64,000 bases of DNA from Rubripirellula sp. (GTDB lineage: Bacteria; Planctomycetota; Planctomycetia; Pirellulales; Pirellulaceae): contig OZ244207.1 in assembly GCA_965216875.1 (NCBI GenBank), positions 3,456,001 through 3,520,000 of the forward strand, read 5' to 3'. Numbering within the stretch: the stretch's first letter is position 1; each line of letters begins with the position of its first letter. The position numbers and the translations under genes are program-made. Below the pieces are notes generated by a model, which made no database searches, was not told where the DNA came from, and saw nothing but the letters and a program-made list of their open reading frames with translations. This document shows, in pieces, positions 1-9,577 of the stretch.

Positions 1-898
1 CGAGAATAGCGAGCTCATTGGCGGTGGGATCGAACTCAACAGCAACGGTAACATTCACAATTGCACGTTTCGCGGGGGTGCCGTTGTGACGACCCAGTCT
101 GCTGACGTAACGATCGACGACAGTGCCTTCCAGGGCGCGACAACCCGGCTCGAAGTACGAGCTGGATCCAACACCACCCTTGTCGATTGCCAGTTCGACC
201 AATGTGCGGCCGGAGTCATTCTGTATTTTGATCCCTTTGGTTCCGTCAAAGAGTCAGGCGAATTGACGATCCGCCGAACCGCATTTGATCGTTGCACGGA
301 AGGCATCTACGTCGTCGGTGGCGACCTGCGGATTTGGCAAGGGTGCGAGTTCAATCGATGTGGCACCGCCCTTCGCATCGAAGTTGGCAGCGCCTTGCTT
401 GAATCCCCTGTCATCATTGGCGGGGCAATCGGCATCAAGCTCGGCCGCTCCGCGAATCAGGAGTCGGAGAACTTTCCCATCGAGCCCGGCGCCGCTGAGT
501 TGACGATTCACGGCGGACAGCTCCGCGACGCTTCCACGGCGGCCTTGGTGCTCGACCACGCCGAGGGTGTTTGCCGGATCGAGGCCTCAGGAACGAACGA
601 GAATCAGCAGACCTTGATTGAGGGCAAGGGAGTGACAGGCATTCTCCTCAACCAATGTCCCGAATTGGTGATCCAAGGGGCGTCGTTCAAAGGCGGCGGG
701 TCCGGAATCACGTTCAACTGCCTGGATGCCCAAACCGTACAACAGTACACGATTGAGAAATCAAAGTTTCGCGACCACTCCAACGCACCGGTCGAGGCAT
801 TTGGCAAGGTCCTTGTCACGCTCAAGGACTGTGACCTCCCCGATGATGCCAAAACGGCCCAAATGCTGCGCGTCCCCACGATCCTGCGAGAAGACTAG
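1..898 (+). CDS. Right-handed beta-helix (pectin-lyase-like) repeat protein, 5'-truncated by the window edge
   Basis: The frame of ORF 86..898 is open back to position 2. It has recurrent 'I/V-x-x-C/S-x-F' strands (IHNCTF, LVDCQF, IRRTAF, IEKSKF) typical of beta-helices. Confidence 0.6.
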   Translation, partial: ENSELIGGGIELNSNGNIHNCTFRGGAVVTTQSADVTIDDSAFQGATTRLEVRAGSNTTLVDCQFDQCAAGVILYFDPFGSVKESGELTIRRTAFDRCTEGIYVVGGDLRIWQGCEFNRCGTALRIEVGSALLESPVIIGGAIGIKLGRSANQESENFPIEPGAAELTIHGGQLRDASTAALVLDHAEGVCRIEASGTNENQQTLIEGKGVTGILLNQCPELVIQGASFKGGGSGITFNCLDAQTVQQYTIEKSKFRDHSNAPVEAFGKVLVTLKDCDLPDDAKTAQMLRVPTILRED

Positions 899-1125
899 CA
901 GCGGTCGCCCGAAGGGGCTTTCGCGGCCAAAAACGGCTGAATCGCGTGCTTGGTCGACGGAAATCGAAGTGACGACGCAAAACACTGGAAAAAACGGGGA
1001 ACTTAACCGCTTTTTTACCGTCCCTGAAAGTGTCAAAACTTGAGGGTCCGGCGGCCCCCAGTTATCATTTAGGCCTACCAGATTAGGTTCACTTCACAGT
1101 CTTGCTTCGGTGTAGAGAGATTCGG

Positions 1126-2376
1126 ATGATCGTCCGCGCCAAAAATACCTTCTTGCTCGCTTGCTCAGTCGCTCTGTTTTCGATCCCGGCTCAAGCTGAA
1201 AAGCCGATGACGCCATCGGAATTCGTCTCATTGCTGCAGAGCGAAACACGGGCGTTTAGCTACGTTCCAACCGCCACCGTCGGTGTCGGCGACGAGCTGA
1301 AGCTTCAAATCGCTCGCATGCGTCAACAACAGTCACTTGATACGGCTGGACTCGTCGCTGTCGAAACCGAAGAAGAGGACATGAAGTTCGCGCTCGTTCG
1401 CCCTGACCTCGAGCGACGCGAACTCGAAACCGACGAAAACGGCCTGCTCCGATTGGCTGGCATGCTCCCCGGCATGAACGTGGTCGTCGCAACGGGCAAG
1501 TCGACGCACGGTGTTTACCCGATCTTGATCAAGATGCGAGACGAACTGAACGCTCCCGCAAATGAACCGCTTGATGTTGGCAATCGCCAACTCGTTGTTG
1601 CCGAAACATCGCCCAAGCAAGTGACCATGGTGGTTGATAACTACACACCACAAAGTGAAAGCGAAGAGCTGGGAACGCTGGACGAGATCCAAACCGATGT
1701 CGACGCAGCCAATGAATTTGAATACCGCGTTCGTCTTCAAGAGGGCGCGCTGCTGGCTGGCCAAATCATTTCGCTGATGCCCGAAGAATCGAAGGGGGGC
1801 TCGCTTGAGGGTACCAACGTCATGTTGCTTCGAAATGGCCGCATGATTCAACGCACCCTGTCCGACGCCGATGGCATGTTTGCTTTTGACGACCTCGCTC
1901 CTGGTGGTTACGGCCTCCTGGCAGCCGGCCCAGCCGGTTACGCTTCCTTCGGTTTTGAAGCACTTCCTGATGCCGAAATCGCAAGCACCAATGCCAATGG
2001 CGAAACCTTCGTCGCAATGCAAGCGGGCGGCGAGCCAACCATCCTGCCAGTTGTCGTTGTTCCGCCACCGATGGTTCCTGAAGTCGGCCGGGCCATCCAA
2101 GACAGCTACGACGAAATCGAACGCAACAACGAAGACGACGCACCACCTGCAGAGCCACCACTGGCACCAACGACTCCCTTTGGTGGAGGCGGTGTGGGTG
2201 CTCCCGGTGGTGGCGGTGTCGCCGGAGGCGGTGGCGGTGCAGGTGGCGGCGGAGGCGGTTTGGCCGCTGCCGCAGGTTTGGCTGCCGCCGCAGCAGCTGC
2301 TGCAAATTCCAGCGGCAGCCGTGGTGTCGTTGTTGTTCCGCCAGCCAGCCCAGTTGTTCCACCAGCTGGCAACTAG
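1126..2376 (+). CDS. Secreted planctomycete protein with a carboxypeptidase-regulatory/Cna-B-like domain and a Gly/Ala-rich C-terminal tail
   Basis: Signal peptide (FLLACSVALFSIPAQA); 'TLSDADGMFAFDDLAPGGYGL' prealbumin-like fold motif; GGG/AAA tail ending VVVVPPASPVVPPAGN. Start chosen at ATG 1126. Confidence 0.65.
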   Translation: MIVRAKNTFLLACSVALFSIPAQAEKPMTPSEFVSLLQSETRAFSYVPTATVGVGDELKLQIARMRQQQSLDTAGLVAVETEEEDMKFALVRPDLERRELETDENGLLRLAGMLPGMNVVVATGKSTHGVYPILIKMRDELNAPANEPLDVGNRQLVVAETSPKQVTMVVDNYTPQSESEELGTLDEIQTDVDAANEFEYRVRLQEGALLAGQIISLMPEESKGGSLEGTNVMLLRNGRMIQRTLSDADGMFAFDDLAPGGYGLLAAGPAGYASFGFEALPDAEIASTNANGETFVAMQAGGEPTILPVVVVPPPMVPEVGRAIQDSYDEIERNNEDDAPPAEPPLAPTTPFGGGGVGAPGGGGVAGGGGGAGGGGGGLAAAAGLAAAAAAAANSSGSRGVVVVPPASPVVPPAGN

Positions 2377-2458
2377 GCCATTCAAGTTCTCTCGTTACGA
2401 CGCTCCTCTTCGTAGGTCATGCTCCGCATGACAAGCGTCAGGTGAGCGGCAAGCCTCC

Positions 2459-2696
2459 CCGTAGCTACCTTCGCCAGAAGGTGGTTTGCGACGGCAGGCC
2501 GCTATCCATTTTCCCCACGCTCTGGCGAGCGCAGCTACTGGATGTAAAGCCCGACGCGAGCGCGTTCGGCTCACAGATGAGCCGTAGCTACCTTCGCCAG
2601 AAGGTGGTTTGCGACGGCAGGCCGCTAGCCATTTTCCCCACGCTCTGGCGAGCGCAGCTACTGGATGTAAAGCCCGACGCTAGCGCGTTCGGCTCA
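2459..2696. repeat. Tandem duplication (123-bp period) of a composite REP-like unit (family A doublet + family B)
   Basis: GTAGCTACCTTCGCCAGAAGGTGG...CCCACGCTCTGGCGAGCGCAGCTAC...GCCCGACGC(G/T)AGCGCGTTCGGCTCA starts at 2461 and again at 2584, between convergent genes. Confidence 0.9.
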
Positions 2697-2697
2697 G

Positions 2698-3891
2698 CTA
2701 ACCATCGCTTGACGCAAGCCTCTGCACCTCGCGAATGCTGTTTCGGATCACCGCCCCCGCGCCTTCGTACTCCTCGGGAATGGTCGCGATGAGCGTCAAA
2801 AGGGGTTCGCGGTTGCGGTGCGTTGACGGAGTTTCCGGAACATCAAAGACCTCAATCGGAAACGGTTGCCGCTGGAGATGTTGGCGCAGGTGTCCCAGCT
2901 TGCGGTCGCACAGCGAACCCGCTTGGTTCGCAAAGACAACTCGCTTGCTGTACCGCGGCGTCCCCACTCGTCCAGTCATGTCAAAGGTACGCAGACGCTC
3001 GCCGGCCAACGCCGCATACATCAGTCCAAACAGAGACTGACCGGCTGCGAGCCCTCCGACATCCCACAGCCGGCGTTCAACGAGCTCACTCGATCCGCTC
3101 CATCGAGGATTGATTTCAAGAAGCCAAGGGGCCCCTGATTGATCAAGACAAAAGTCGATGTTGATCAATCCTCGAAGCCCCCGCATTTGAAGACGCTCAC
3201 CGATATTGCCCAAGTCACCCAGCACTCGATTTGGGATCACGCGATCCGGTCCCGCGAGAAGGGTCGAACCGCAATAGACGAAGGGATGTGCTCCAATGCG
3301 GCGAAAATGCGAGCGGCAGATCCCCAGCAGCTGACAGCTCGATGCGTCGGCGATCAATGTCGCCCCAAAACTCCTCCCTTCGACCCACCGTTGATAAACA
3401 CATCGCCTGCCTGACGCGTTGTAACGTGTTTCGGTTGCGTCGGCGTCGAACCATGTCACGCCGAGACCGCCAGAGGAGGGCTGTTGTTTCTGAAGCCATC
3501 GTCCGTCGCCGCTGTTGGGGCGTCGTTGCTGAGTTGGCGGGATCTGAAACGAAGTGCCGTTGGTCAGCTCTGCCAGCGAGCTGACCGCCTTGAGCTGATC
3601 CCGCTGTTGGATGCTTGGCCCCCACTCAGTTAACCGGCGCGGCACCCTGAGTGCGGAGTCACTCAGAATCCCCCCCACGCGAACCAACGGCTGCGGTGCA
3701 ACCCCATGGACCTCTATGCAATGCTGAGGATCGGCCAAGTACTCATCGAGAGGAACGAACCGCTCGCTCGCTGCCCGAGTGTCCTGATCACCAAACCAAT
3801 CGATCGCCGTCACGGAGAAGCCAGCGCGCTGTGCCGACTGGGCGGCGGCGCGTACTGAGGCTGCGATCAGGGTGACAGGGCGGTTGGGCAT
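2698..3891 (-). CDS. ATP-grasp domain protein (COG2232-like), probably linked to methanopterin/methanofuran C1 cofactor synthesis
   Basis: N-terminal 'LIAASVRAAAQSAQRAGF..AIDWFGDQD'; ATP-grasp motifs SSGGLGV, YQRWVEG, INIDF..LLEINPRWSGS; divergent from fae-mtdC. Confidence 0.75.
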   Translation of the reverse strand: MPNRPVTLIAASVRAAAQSAQRAGFSVTAIDWFGDQDTRAASERFVPLDEYLADPQHCIEVHGVAPQPLVRVGGILSDSALRVPRRLTEWGPSIQQRDQLKAVSSLAELTNGTSFQIPPTQQRRPNSGDGRWLQKQQPSSGGLGVTWFDADATETRYNASGRRCVYQRWVEGRSFGATLIADASSCQLLGICRSHFRRIGAHPFVYCGSTLLAGPDRVIPNRVLGDLGNIGERLQMRGLRGLINIDFCLDQSGAPWLLEINPRWSGSSELVERRLWDVGGLAAGQSLFGLMYAALAGERLRTFDMTGRVGTPRYSKRVVFANQAGSLCDRKLGHLRQHLQRQPFPIEVFDVPETPSTHRNREPLLTLIATIPEEYEGAGAVIRNSIREVQRLASSDG

Positions 3892-4284
3892 GACAGAAAC
3901 GGAGCTTCCCCCAAAACAAAGGTAAAGAATTGCCATCACCTCAGTGGGCCAAACGCCCCTTGAGTGATCGGAATTCCCACATCAACTGCCGTTGCCGGAC
4001 CGGCTGGGGAAAAGCGGGTGGTTGGTTGCGTTATTCTGGCTTTTCGCAAAGTCCTGGGGTGTTTGCATAGCGCGTTGGGTCTGCTAATTTCTCGCTTGTC
4101 CAGACAGCAAGTTGTGTCGCGACGCCCAGCTATTGGAATAGCTGGGGAAATAACGGGCTAGCTGCTGAATGGCTTTGGAGCGGTAAAAGTTTCAAAGACC
4201 AATTCTGAAAGCGGATTTGGACTTTGGTTTGGCCGCTCATTCGATGACTGACACAATCACTCACTCGTAACAAAGGTTAGCCCC

Positions 4285-4785
4285 ATGTCGTTGTACGTTG
4301 GCGAAGCACTCGTAGGTGATGGCAACGAAGTTGCCCACATTGACTTGATGGTTGGAAGCAAGGACGGACCTGTAGGTGTCGCGTTCGCAAATGCACTTTC
4401 GACTCAAAGCGATGGTCACACCAATCTGTTGGCCGTTCTCGAGCCAAATGTCGCCGTCAAGCCTTCGACCGTCATGATCACCAAAGTGACCATGAAGGGT
4501 ATGAAGCAAGTTGTTCAAATGTTCGGTCCTGCACAAGCTGCTGTTGCAAAAGCCGTTGCTGACGCAGTTGCTGAAGGCGTTATTCCAAAGGACCAAGCTG
4601 AAGACTTGGTTTGCGTTTGTGGCGTGTTCATTCACCCCGCAGCTGAAGATGACGAAAAGATCTACAACTACAACTACGAAGCTGTGAAGCAATCGCTGGT
4701 GAACGCAATGGCGGCCAAACCAACCGCCGACGAAATGATCGCCAAGAAAGATTCCGCTGCTCACCCATTCAAGGGCGACTTCTAG
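4285..4785 (+). CDS. fae: Formaldehyde-activating enzyme (5,6,7,8-tetrahydromethanopterin hydro-lyase)
   Basis: Characteristic 'VGEALVGDGNEVAHIDL', 'GHTNLLAVLEPN..VKPSTV', 'QMFGPAQAAVA', 'GVFIHPAA' and C-terminal 'HPF'. Confidence 0.97.
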   Translation: MSLYVGEALVGDGNEVAHIDLMVGSKDGPVGVAFANALSTQSDGHTNLLAVLEPNVAVKPSTVMITKVTMKGMKQVVQMFGPAQAAVAKAVADAVAEGVIPKDQAEDLVCVCGVFIHPAAEDDEKIYNYNYEAVKQSLVNAMAAKPTADEMIAKKDSAAHPFKGDF

Positions 4786-4846
4786 TTCGCTTTTGTCAGA
4801 CGACGCCCGTGTCTTCAGACTGCGTGTCGTCCAACGTGAAATGCTT

Positions 4847-4893
4847 CAGCCGTAATGTGTTGGCGATTTTGCCAGCACCTTGCGGCTGTTTTT
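4847..4893 (+). terminator. Intrinsic terminator-like hairpin between fae and mtdC
   Basis: CAGCCGTAA-TGTGTTGGC-GATTTT-GCCAGCAC-C-TTGCGGCTG followed by TTTTT. Confidence 0.65.
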
Positions 4894-4936
4894 ATGGCTC
4901 GAACACCTCTGTCTTCGGTACTTCGATTTACTAACG

Positions 4937-5800
4937 ATGTCAAAAAAGATCCTTATCCAACTCGATTGTGACCCCCACCCCAGTTCCTTCGACTCGGTGG
5001 TCGCCATCGATGCTGGCGTCGATCACTTACTTCAATACAGCGGTGTCCAAGCGACCAACGTGACACCCCTTGTCCATGGTGCCATGTTCACGCGTGGCGG
5101 TGATGACCTGCGACACACAGCTATCTTTATCGGCGGCAGCGATGTCGATGAAGCCGAAACGCTGATGAAGGCTTGTCACGATGCGTTCTTTGGACCGGTC
5201 CGCGTCTCACTCATGCTCGACGCCAACGGTTGCAACACCACCGCGTCGGCCGCGGTTGTTTCGGCCAGCAAACACTGTGACCTTAAAGGAGCCGTTGCGG
5301 TCGTCTTGGGCGGCACCGGCCCCGTCGGACGACGCGTTGCCCAGTTGCTTGCCGGTGACGGTGCCAGCGTCAAGCTAACCAGTCGTTCGCGAGACCGTGC
5401 CGCGCGTGCCTGCGACGAAGTCCTTGAAGTCGTTCCCGATGCCTCGGTCAGCCCTGTTGGCTTGGTCGGCAACGACGCGACCAAGGCGGCTTTGGAAGAT
5501 GCGCAAATTGTGATCGCATGCGGGGCAGCCGGAATCGAACTCGCTAGCGAAGACATTGTTCGCAACCTGCCAAACTTAAAGGTAGCGATCGACCTGAACG
5601 CTGTCCCGCCAGCGGGCATTGGCGGAATCGAAGTGATGGACAAAGCGAAAGCATACGGTTCGGGTGTCGCCTACGGTGCAATCGGCGTCGGCGGGCTCAA
5701 GATGAAAACCCACCGCAAAGCGATCAACGCACTCTTCGAAAGTAACGACAAGGTGCTCGATGCTGCCGAGATCTACGAAATCGCAAAGTCAATCGGTTAA
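4937..5800 (+). CDS. mtdC: NADP-dependent methylene-H4MPT/H4F dehydrogenase (MtdA/MtdC family)
   Basis: 'ILIQLDCDPHPSSFDSVVAIDAGVD', 'VHGAMFTRG', 'MLDANGCNTTASAAV', Rossmann GGTGPVG and 'IDLNAVPPAGI'. MtdC is the planctomycete member of this family. Confidence 0.92.
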   Translation: MSKKILIQLDCDPHPSSFDSVVAIDAGVDHLLQYSGVQATNVTPLVHGAMFTRGGDDLRHTAIFIGGSDVDEAETLMKACHDAFFGPVRVSLMLDANGCNTTASAAVVSASKHCDLKGAVAVVLGGTGPVGRRVAQLLAGDGASVKLTSRSRDRAARACDEVLEVVPDASVSPVGLVGNDATKAALEDAQIVIACGAAGIELASEDIVRNLPNLKVAIDLNAVPPAGIGGIEVMDKAKAYGSGVAYGAIGVGGLKMKTHRKAINALFESNDKVLDAAEIYEIAKSIG

Positions 5801-5822
5801 GAACGTGGGCGTTGACAGGCCT

Positions 5823-6117
5823 TGAAAGGCCCGACGCTAACGCGTTCGGCTCACCGGTCGTTCGTAGCTACCTTCGCCAGAAGGTGGTTTGCGGCGGCAG
5901 ACCGTTATCCAATTCCCCACGCTCTGGCGAGCGTAGCTACGGGATTGAAAGGCCCGACGCTAACGCGTTCGGCTCATAGGTCGTTCGTAGTCCCGCCTTT
6001 AGGAGGAAGAGCACGATGTACGAACGTAGCTACCTTCGCCAGAAGGTGGTGCGCGGCGGCAGACCGCTGTCCAATTTCCCACGCTCTGGCGAGCGTAGCT
6101 ACGGGATTGCGGCTCAG
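5823..6117. repeat. Composite REP-like array (B, A-doublet, B, E, A-doublet)
   Basis: Two GGCCCGACGCTAACGCGTTCGGCTCA copies, two GTAGCTACCTTCGCCAGAAGGTGG...CCCACGCTCTGGCGAGCGTAGCTAC doublets and one GTAGTCCCGCCTTTAGGAGG copy. Confidence 0.9.
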
Positions 6118-6137
6118 ATGGACGATGTGACGACAAT

Positions 6138-6170
6138 AAAAAACCCCGCGGCGTCGTAGCCGCGGGGTTT
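6138..6170 (-). terminator. Intrinsic (possibly bidirectional) terminator downstream of the tail-specific protease
   Basis: AAAAAA-CCCCGCGGC-GTCGTA-GCCGCGGGG-TTT. Confidence 0.8.
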
Positions 6171-6196
6171 CGTTAATGATCGCCATGAAGGATCGT

Positions 6197-8299
6197 CTAG
6201 CCGGCGTGGGCCAAGTTCTGCTTGCGAAGCCCTTCGATGTAGTCGTTGGCAATGTTGATCACTTCGCGGTTGTAGAAATTGTCGCGATAGATCACTTCGT
6301 CTCCCATTTGCCGTTCGAGTTCTTCATCCTCGTCCTGCTTCTGGGCGTCCATCTGCTTGCGACGCGCCATGAACTCAGACTCCTTGAGCGACACAGCATC
6401 TAGGTCCTTCTGGCTCGCATACAGTTCAACCCGTCGAATCAAGTCGGCGAATTCGTCGTCCTTCTCAACTCGTACGATGCTTCGTTGACGAAGCTGGCCA
6501 ATCAAGTCCTGAGGCACCATGCCGTAAACTTCATGGCGTGCCGCTTTGACGGTATCGTGCTCCAAAGCGTATTTCAGGTCGCCTTCACCGATGTCCATCT
6601 TTTGAGTGATGCTGGGCAAAACGATGTCGGCTGAAACACCCTTGCGTTGGGTGCTTTCACCATCAGGCAAGTAGAACTGCTGAAGCGTCACTTTCAGTGC
6701 ACCAAAGTTCTTGCTGTCGCTGTGGAAGAGCTGTTTTCCCAGGTCCATCAAAGTTTGAACGGTACCCTTACCGTGGGTCGCGGGATCACCGACGACGATG
6801 CCGCGGCCGTAGTCCTTGATGGCACCCGCAAAAATCTCGCTGGCACTTGCACTGAACATGCTGGTCATCACAACCAAAGGACCGTCCCACTGCGTTCCAC
6901 CCGATTCATCCGAGTACTGCTGGACGGAGCCATCCGAGTTCTTGACTTGAACCACGGGACCACGATCGATGAACAATCCGGTCAGGTTGATCGCTTCGTT
7001 GAGACTACCGCCACCATTCTTGCTGAGGTCAAGAACGATGCCGTCGATGCCCTTGGATTTGAAATCTTGAATGATGCGACGAACGTCGCGTGTGCTGCTT
7101 CGGAAGTTGCCGTCCCGATTGCGTTTGGCACCGTCCATGTCCAAGTAAAAGCTCGGCAGGTTGATGTAACCAATCTTGAACGACGGGCCATTCTCGACCT
7201 CGCGTTCGATGATCTCGCCGCGAGCTGCTGATTCTTCAAGCTCAATGCGAGCACGGACAACTTTGTAGACCTGGACGTTGCCTGCTCCACCCGGTTTGAC
7301 GCCCAAGCGAACGGTCGTCCCCGCTTTGCCGCGAATCAAATCCACGACATCGGTTAGCGGCATCTCAACGATGTCGACCATCTCGCCATCGTATCCCTGT
7401 CCAACACTGACGATCACATCGTCACTCTTGAGCTTGCCGTGTTTTGCCGCAGCACCACCGGGAATGACGCGAGTGACAACGGTGTTGCCATCTTTCTCGC
7501 GAAGTTGAGCACCGATTCCGTCAAGGTTCAGGCCCATCGTGATTTTGAAGTCTTCCAGCGAACCGGGCGACATGTACGTCGAGTGTGGATCGTAACCAGT
7601 CGTGACGGCGGTCAAATACAACTCAAGCAATGCATCGCTGTCGGTCTTCTTCCAGCGGCGAGAGTAACGAGCGTAGCGTCGACGAAGCAGGTCAACCGCC
7701 TCGACTCCTTCGGTTCCCTCGTCCTTCAGATCAAGCATGGCATACTTGATCTGACGGCGCCAGCGATCACGAGCCTCTTCAGGCGTCGTCGCGTAGCTGG
7801 CTGCTTCCGGATCAATAATGATTTTCTCTTCTTTGTCGAAATCGAATTCCGTATCGAGCAACTCTTGAGCCATGGCGACTCGTTCATCCACACGCTCGAT
7901 AAAGCGACCAAAGATGCTGTAGGCCAGTGACAGGTCGCCAGCCAAAACCATGTCGTCGATATCGGTTGCCTTCTTCTCAAACTCCTCGATGTCGCTCTTG
8001 TAGAAGTAGAGCTTCATTGGATCGAGGTTGTTGATGAACAAACCAAAAGCACGCTCGCTAATGGTGTCATCAAGGCGTTGTGCCGAGATGTGATTCTTGG
8101 GCATCAAATTGGCAATCACCTTGGCGATCACTCGGTCTTCGATGGTCGGTGCCGCAAGCTTCAGTTCGTCCGACGTCGCTTGCCTTGGCATGACCGACGC
8201 GGCGACGATTAATCCAACCAAGCACACAGCCGCTACCCGACTGAGGGGTGATGTGGTAAGCCAGCGTGACGCATGAGTGGCTCGCGAAGTGCTGTCCAT
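6197..8299 (-). CDS. prc: Carboxy-terminal processing (tail-specific) protease, peptidase S41
   Basis: Signal peptide; 'LDPMKLYF', 'DPHSTYMSP', PDZ 'GIGAQL', 'LDLSKNGGGSL', 'SASASEIFAGAIKDYGR', 'THGKGTVQ'; DUF3340-like C-terminus. Confidence 0.92.
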   Translation of the reverse strand: MDSTSRATHASRWLTTSPLSRVAAVCLVGLIVAASVMPRQATSDELKLAAPTIEDRVIAKVIANLMPKNHISAQRLDDTISERAFGLFINNLDPMKLYFYKSDIEEFEKKATDIDDMVLAGDLSLAYSIFGRFIERVDERVAMAQELLDTEFDFDKEEKIIIDPEAASYATTPEEARDRWRRQIKYAMLDLKDEGTEGVEAVDLLRRRYARYSRRWKKTDSDALLELYLTAVTTGYDPHSTYMSPGSLEDFKITMGLNLDGIGAQLREKDGNTVVTRVIPGGAAAKHGKLKSDDVIVSVGQGYDGEMVDIVEMPLTDVVDLIRGKAGTTVRLGVKPGGAGNVQVYKVVRARIELEESAARGEIIEREVENGPSFKIGYINLPSFYLDMDGAKRNRDGNFRSSTRDVRRIIQDFKSKGIDGIVLDLSKNGGGSLNEAINLTGLFIDRGPVVQVKNSDGSVQQYSDESGGTQWDGPLVVMTSMFSASASEIFAGAIKDYGRGIVVGDPATHGKGTVQTLMDLGKQLFHSDSKNFGALKVTLQQFYLPDGESTQRKGVSADIVLPSITQKMDIGEGDLKYALEHDTVKAARHEVYGMVPQDLIGQLRQRSIVRVEKDDEFADLIRRVELYASQKDLDAVSLKESEFMARRKQMDAQKQDEDEELERQMGDEVIYRDNFYNREVINIANDYIEGLRKQNLAHAG

Positions 8300-8697
8300 A
8301 GTCGATTCCTGATTCGGATTTGATTTCGATATTGCGGCCGTTTTCGACCGAAAGGGCGTGAAATTGGGAAAACTGGCCCAGTTTTACCGCCCAGATTTTG
8401 CCCGCCAAATAGTAGGGAAGCGTCAAAATCGGGGCAATGTCGTTTCCTGTCCCAGTTTAACACAATGCGCTATTGGTTGGACTTTTCCGCAGCTCAGACC
8501 ACCCTAAAGTGGCGTTAATTCGCGGCGATCCGCCACTAGCCGGTCACACGAGCCGGCCGCCAGAATGCGGCTGACACACCCACCAGCTCATCTAGCCCCG
8601 CCATCCAAGTGTCTTCGGGTGACAAGTGAATTGGAGGCGGTGTGTCCTCTGCCGCCTCTGCCACGAAGGCCGATGGCGATATGGGGGAATCGAAGGG

Positions 8698-9393
8698 TCA
8701 CCTTGAGTAGACGGAATCGACCGCGGGTTGCCCGGTGTAATTTGGGCCGACATTGTCGTCGGCGCCAACGTACGACCATCCCAAGTCACACCGCCCCGGG
8801 GGCCCCTCGCAACGTATCAATCGATGGCGATTGTCATAGGAAACCCCGACGTCTTTTAAGTTCTTGGCAACCGTTCGGCCTGCTGGACGCCCATCGGGAA
8901 ATCGAAAATTTGCCAGATCGAGATGGGCCAGGAAGATGCCGTCGTCCGCCAAGCAGTTGGCCATTCGATCAATCGCGCCAAGCTTGTCGCCGATGTAGTG
9001 CAAGCCGTGAACACACGTCACGAGATCGTATGTATGCGATGGATCCCACGCTTCAATCGGCAGTTTTCTCAGAACCACGCCTGCCGCTCGCGCACTGGAC
9101 GCGAAATGACCTGCGAGATCGATTCCTTCAATCACATATCGACGCGCATCGCCACGTGATTCAATCTCGGTTGCAGCTTCCGCCAACGCGAGTCCCGTCC
9201 CACAGCAGACGTCGAGCCAGCGGACGGTGGCCTGATCACGACGAGCAAGCAAGTAGGCAAGCACATCGAATTTCAACTCGTAGCTATACCCGTTGGTTCC
9301 GGTACACCGACGCTCACGGTTCATCGCACAATTGGCCACAACCGAAGAGGCATGGAGCGCCGCGTCATCCAGGATTGGATTCTTATCAGTCAT
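8698..9393 (-). CDS. Class I SAM-dependent methyltransferase
   Basis: 'WLDVCCGTGLAL', 'GIDL', 'YDLVTCVHGLHY', 'LADDGIF'. Start set at MTDKNP because the upstream extension runs through repeats. Confidence 0.8.
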   Translation of the reverse strand: MTDKNPILDDAALHASSVVANCAMNRERRCTGTNGYSYELKFDVLAYLLARRDQATVRWLDVCCGTGLALAEAATEIESRGDARRYVIEGIDLAGHFASSARAAGVVLRKLPIEAWDPSHTYDLVTCVHGLHYIGDKLGAIDRMANCLADDGIFLAHLDLANFRFPDGRPAGRTVAKNLKDVGVSYDNRHRLIRCEGPPGRCDLGWSYVGADDNVGPNYTGQPAVDSVYSR

Positions 9394-9420
9394 TGCCCTG
9401 GGCAGGAGAGCGGGAGGTTG

Positions 9421-9493
9421 AGCCACAGAGATCACCGAGAACACAGAGGAATGACATCGACTTCCCTCTGTGTGCTCTGTGCTCTCTGTGGCT
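9421..9493. repeat. Long imperfect palindrome (ACAGAG/CTCTGT-type intergenic repeat)
   Basis: AGCCACAGAGATCACCGAGAACACAGAGG ... CCTCTGTGTGCTCTGTGCTCTCTGTGGCT. A degenerate half copy of family A follows at about 9529-9554. Confidence 0.75.
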
Positions 9494-9577
9494 TGTTCTA
9501 CAAAATGGGTCAGCTGGCGAGTCGTTATCCCACGCTCTGGCAAGCGTCGCGACGGGAAGTTTCTTCCGCCCGTATTT

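Noticed and set aside
2442..2792. 116-aa ORF with an internal 41-aa repeat (also ORFs 5822..6130 and 48574..48942)
   Set aside because: These are translations of REP arrays, not genes.
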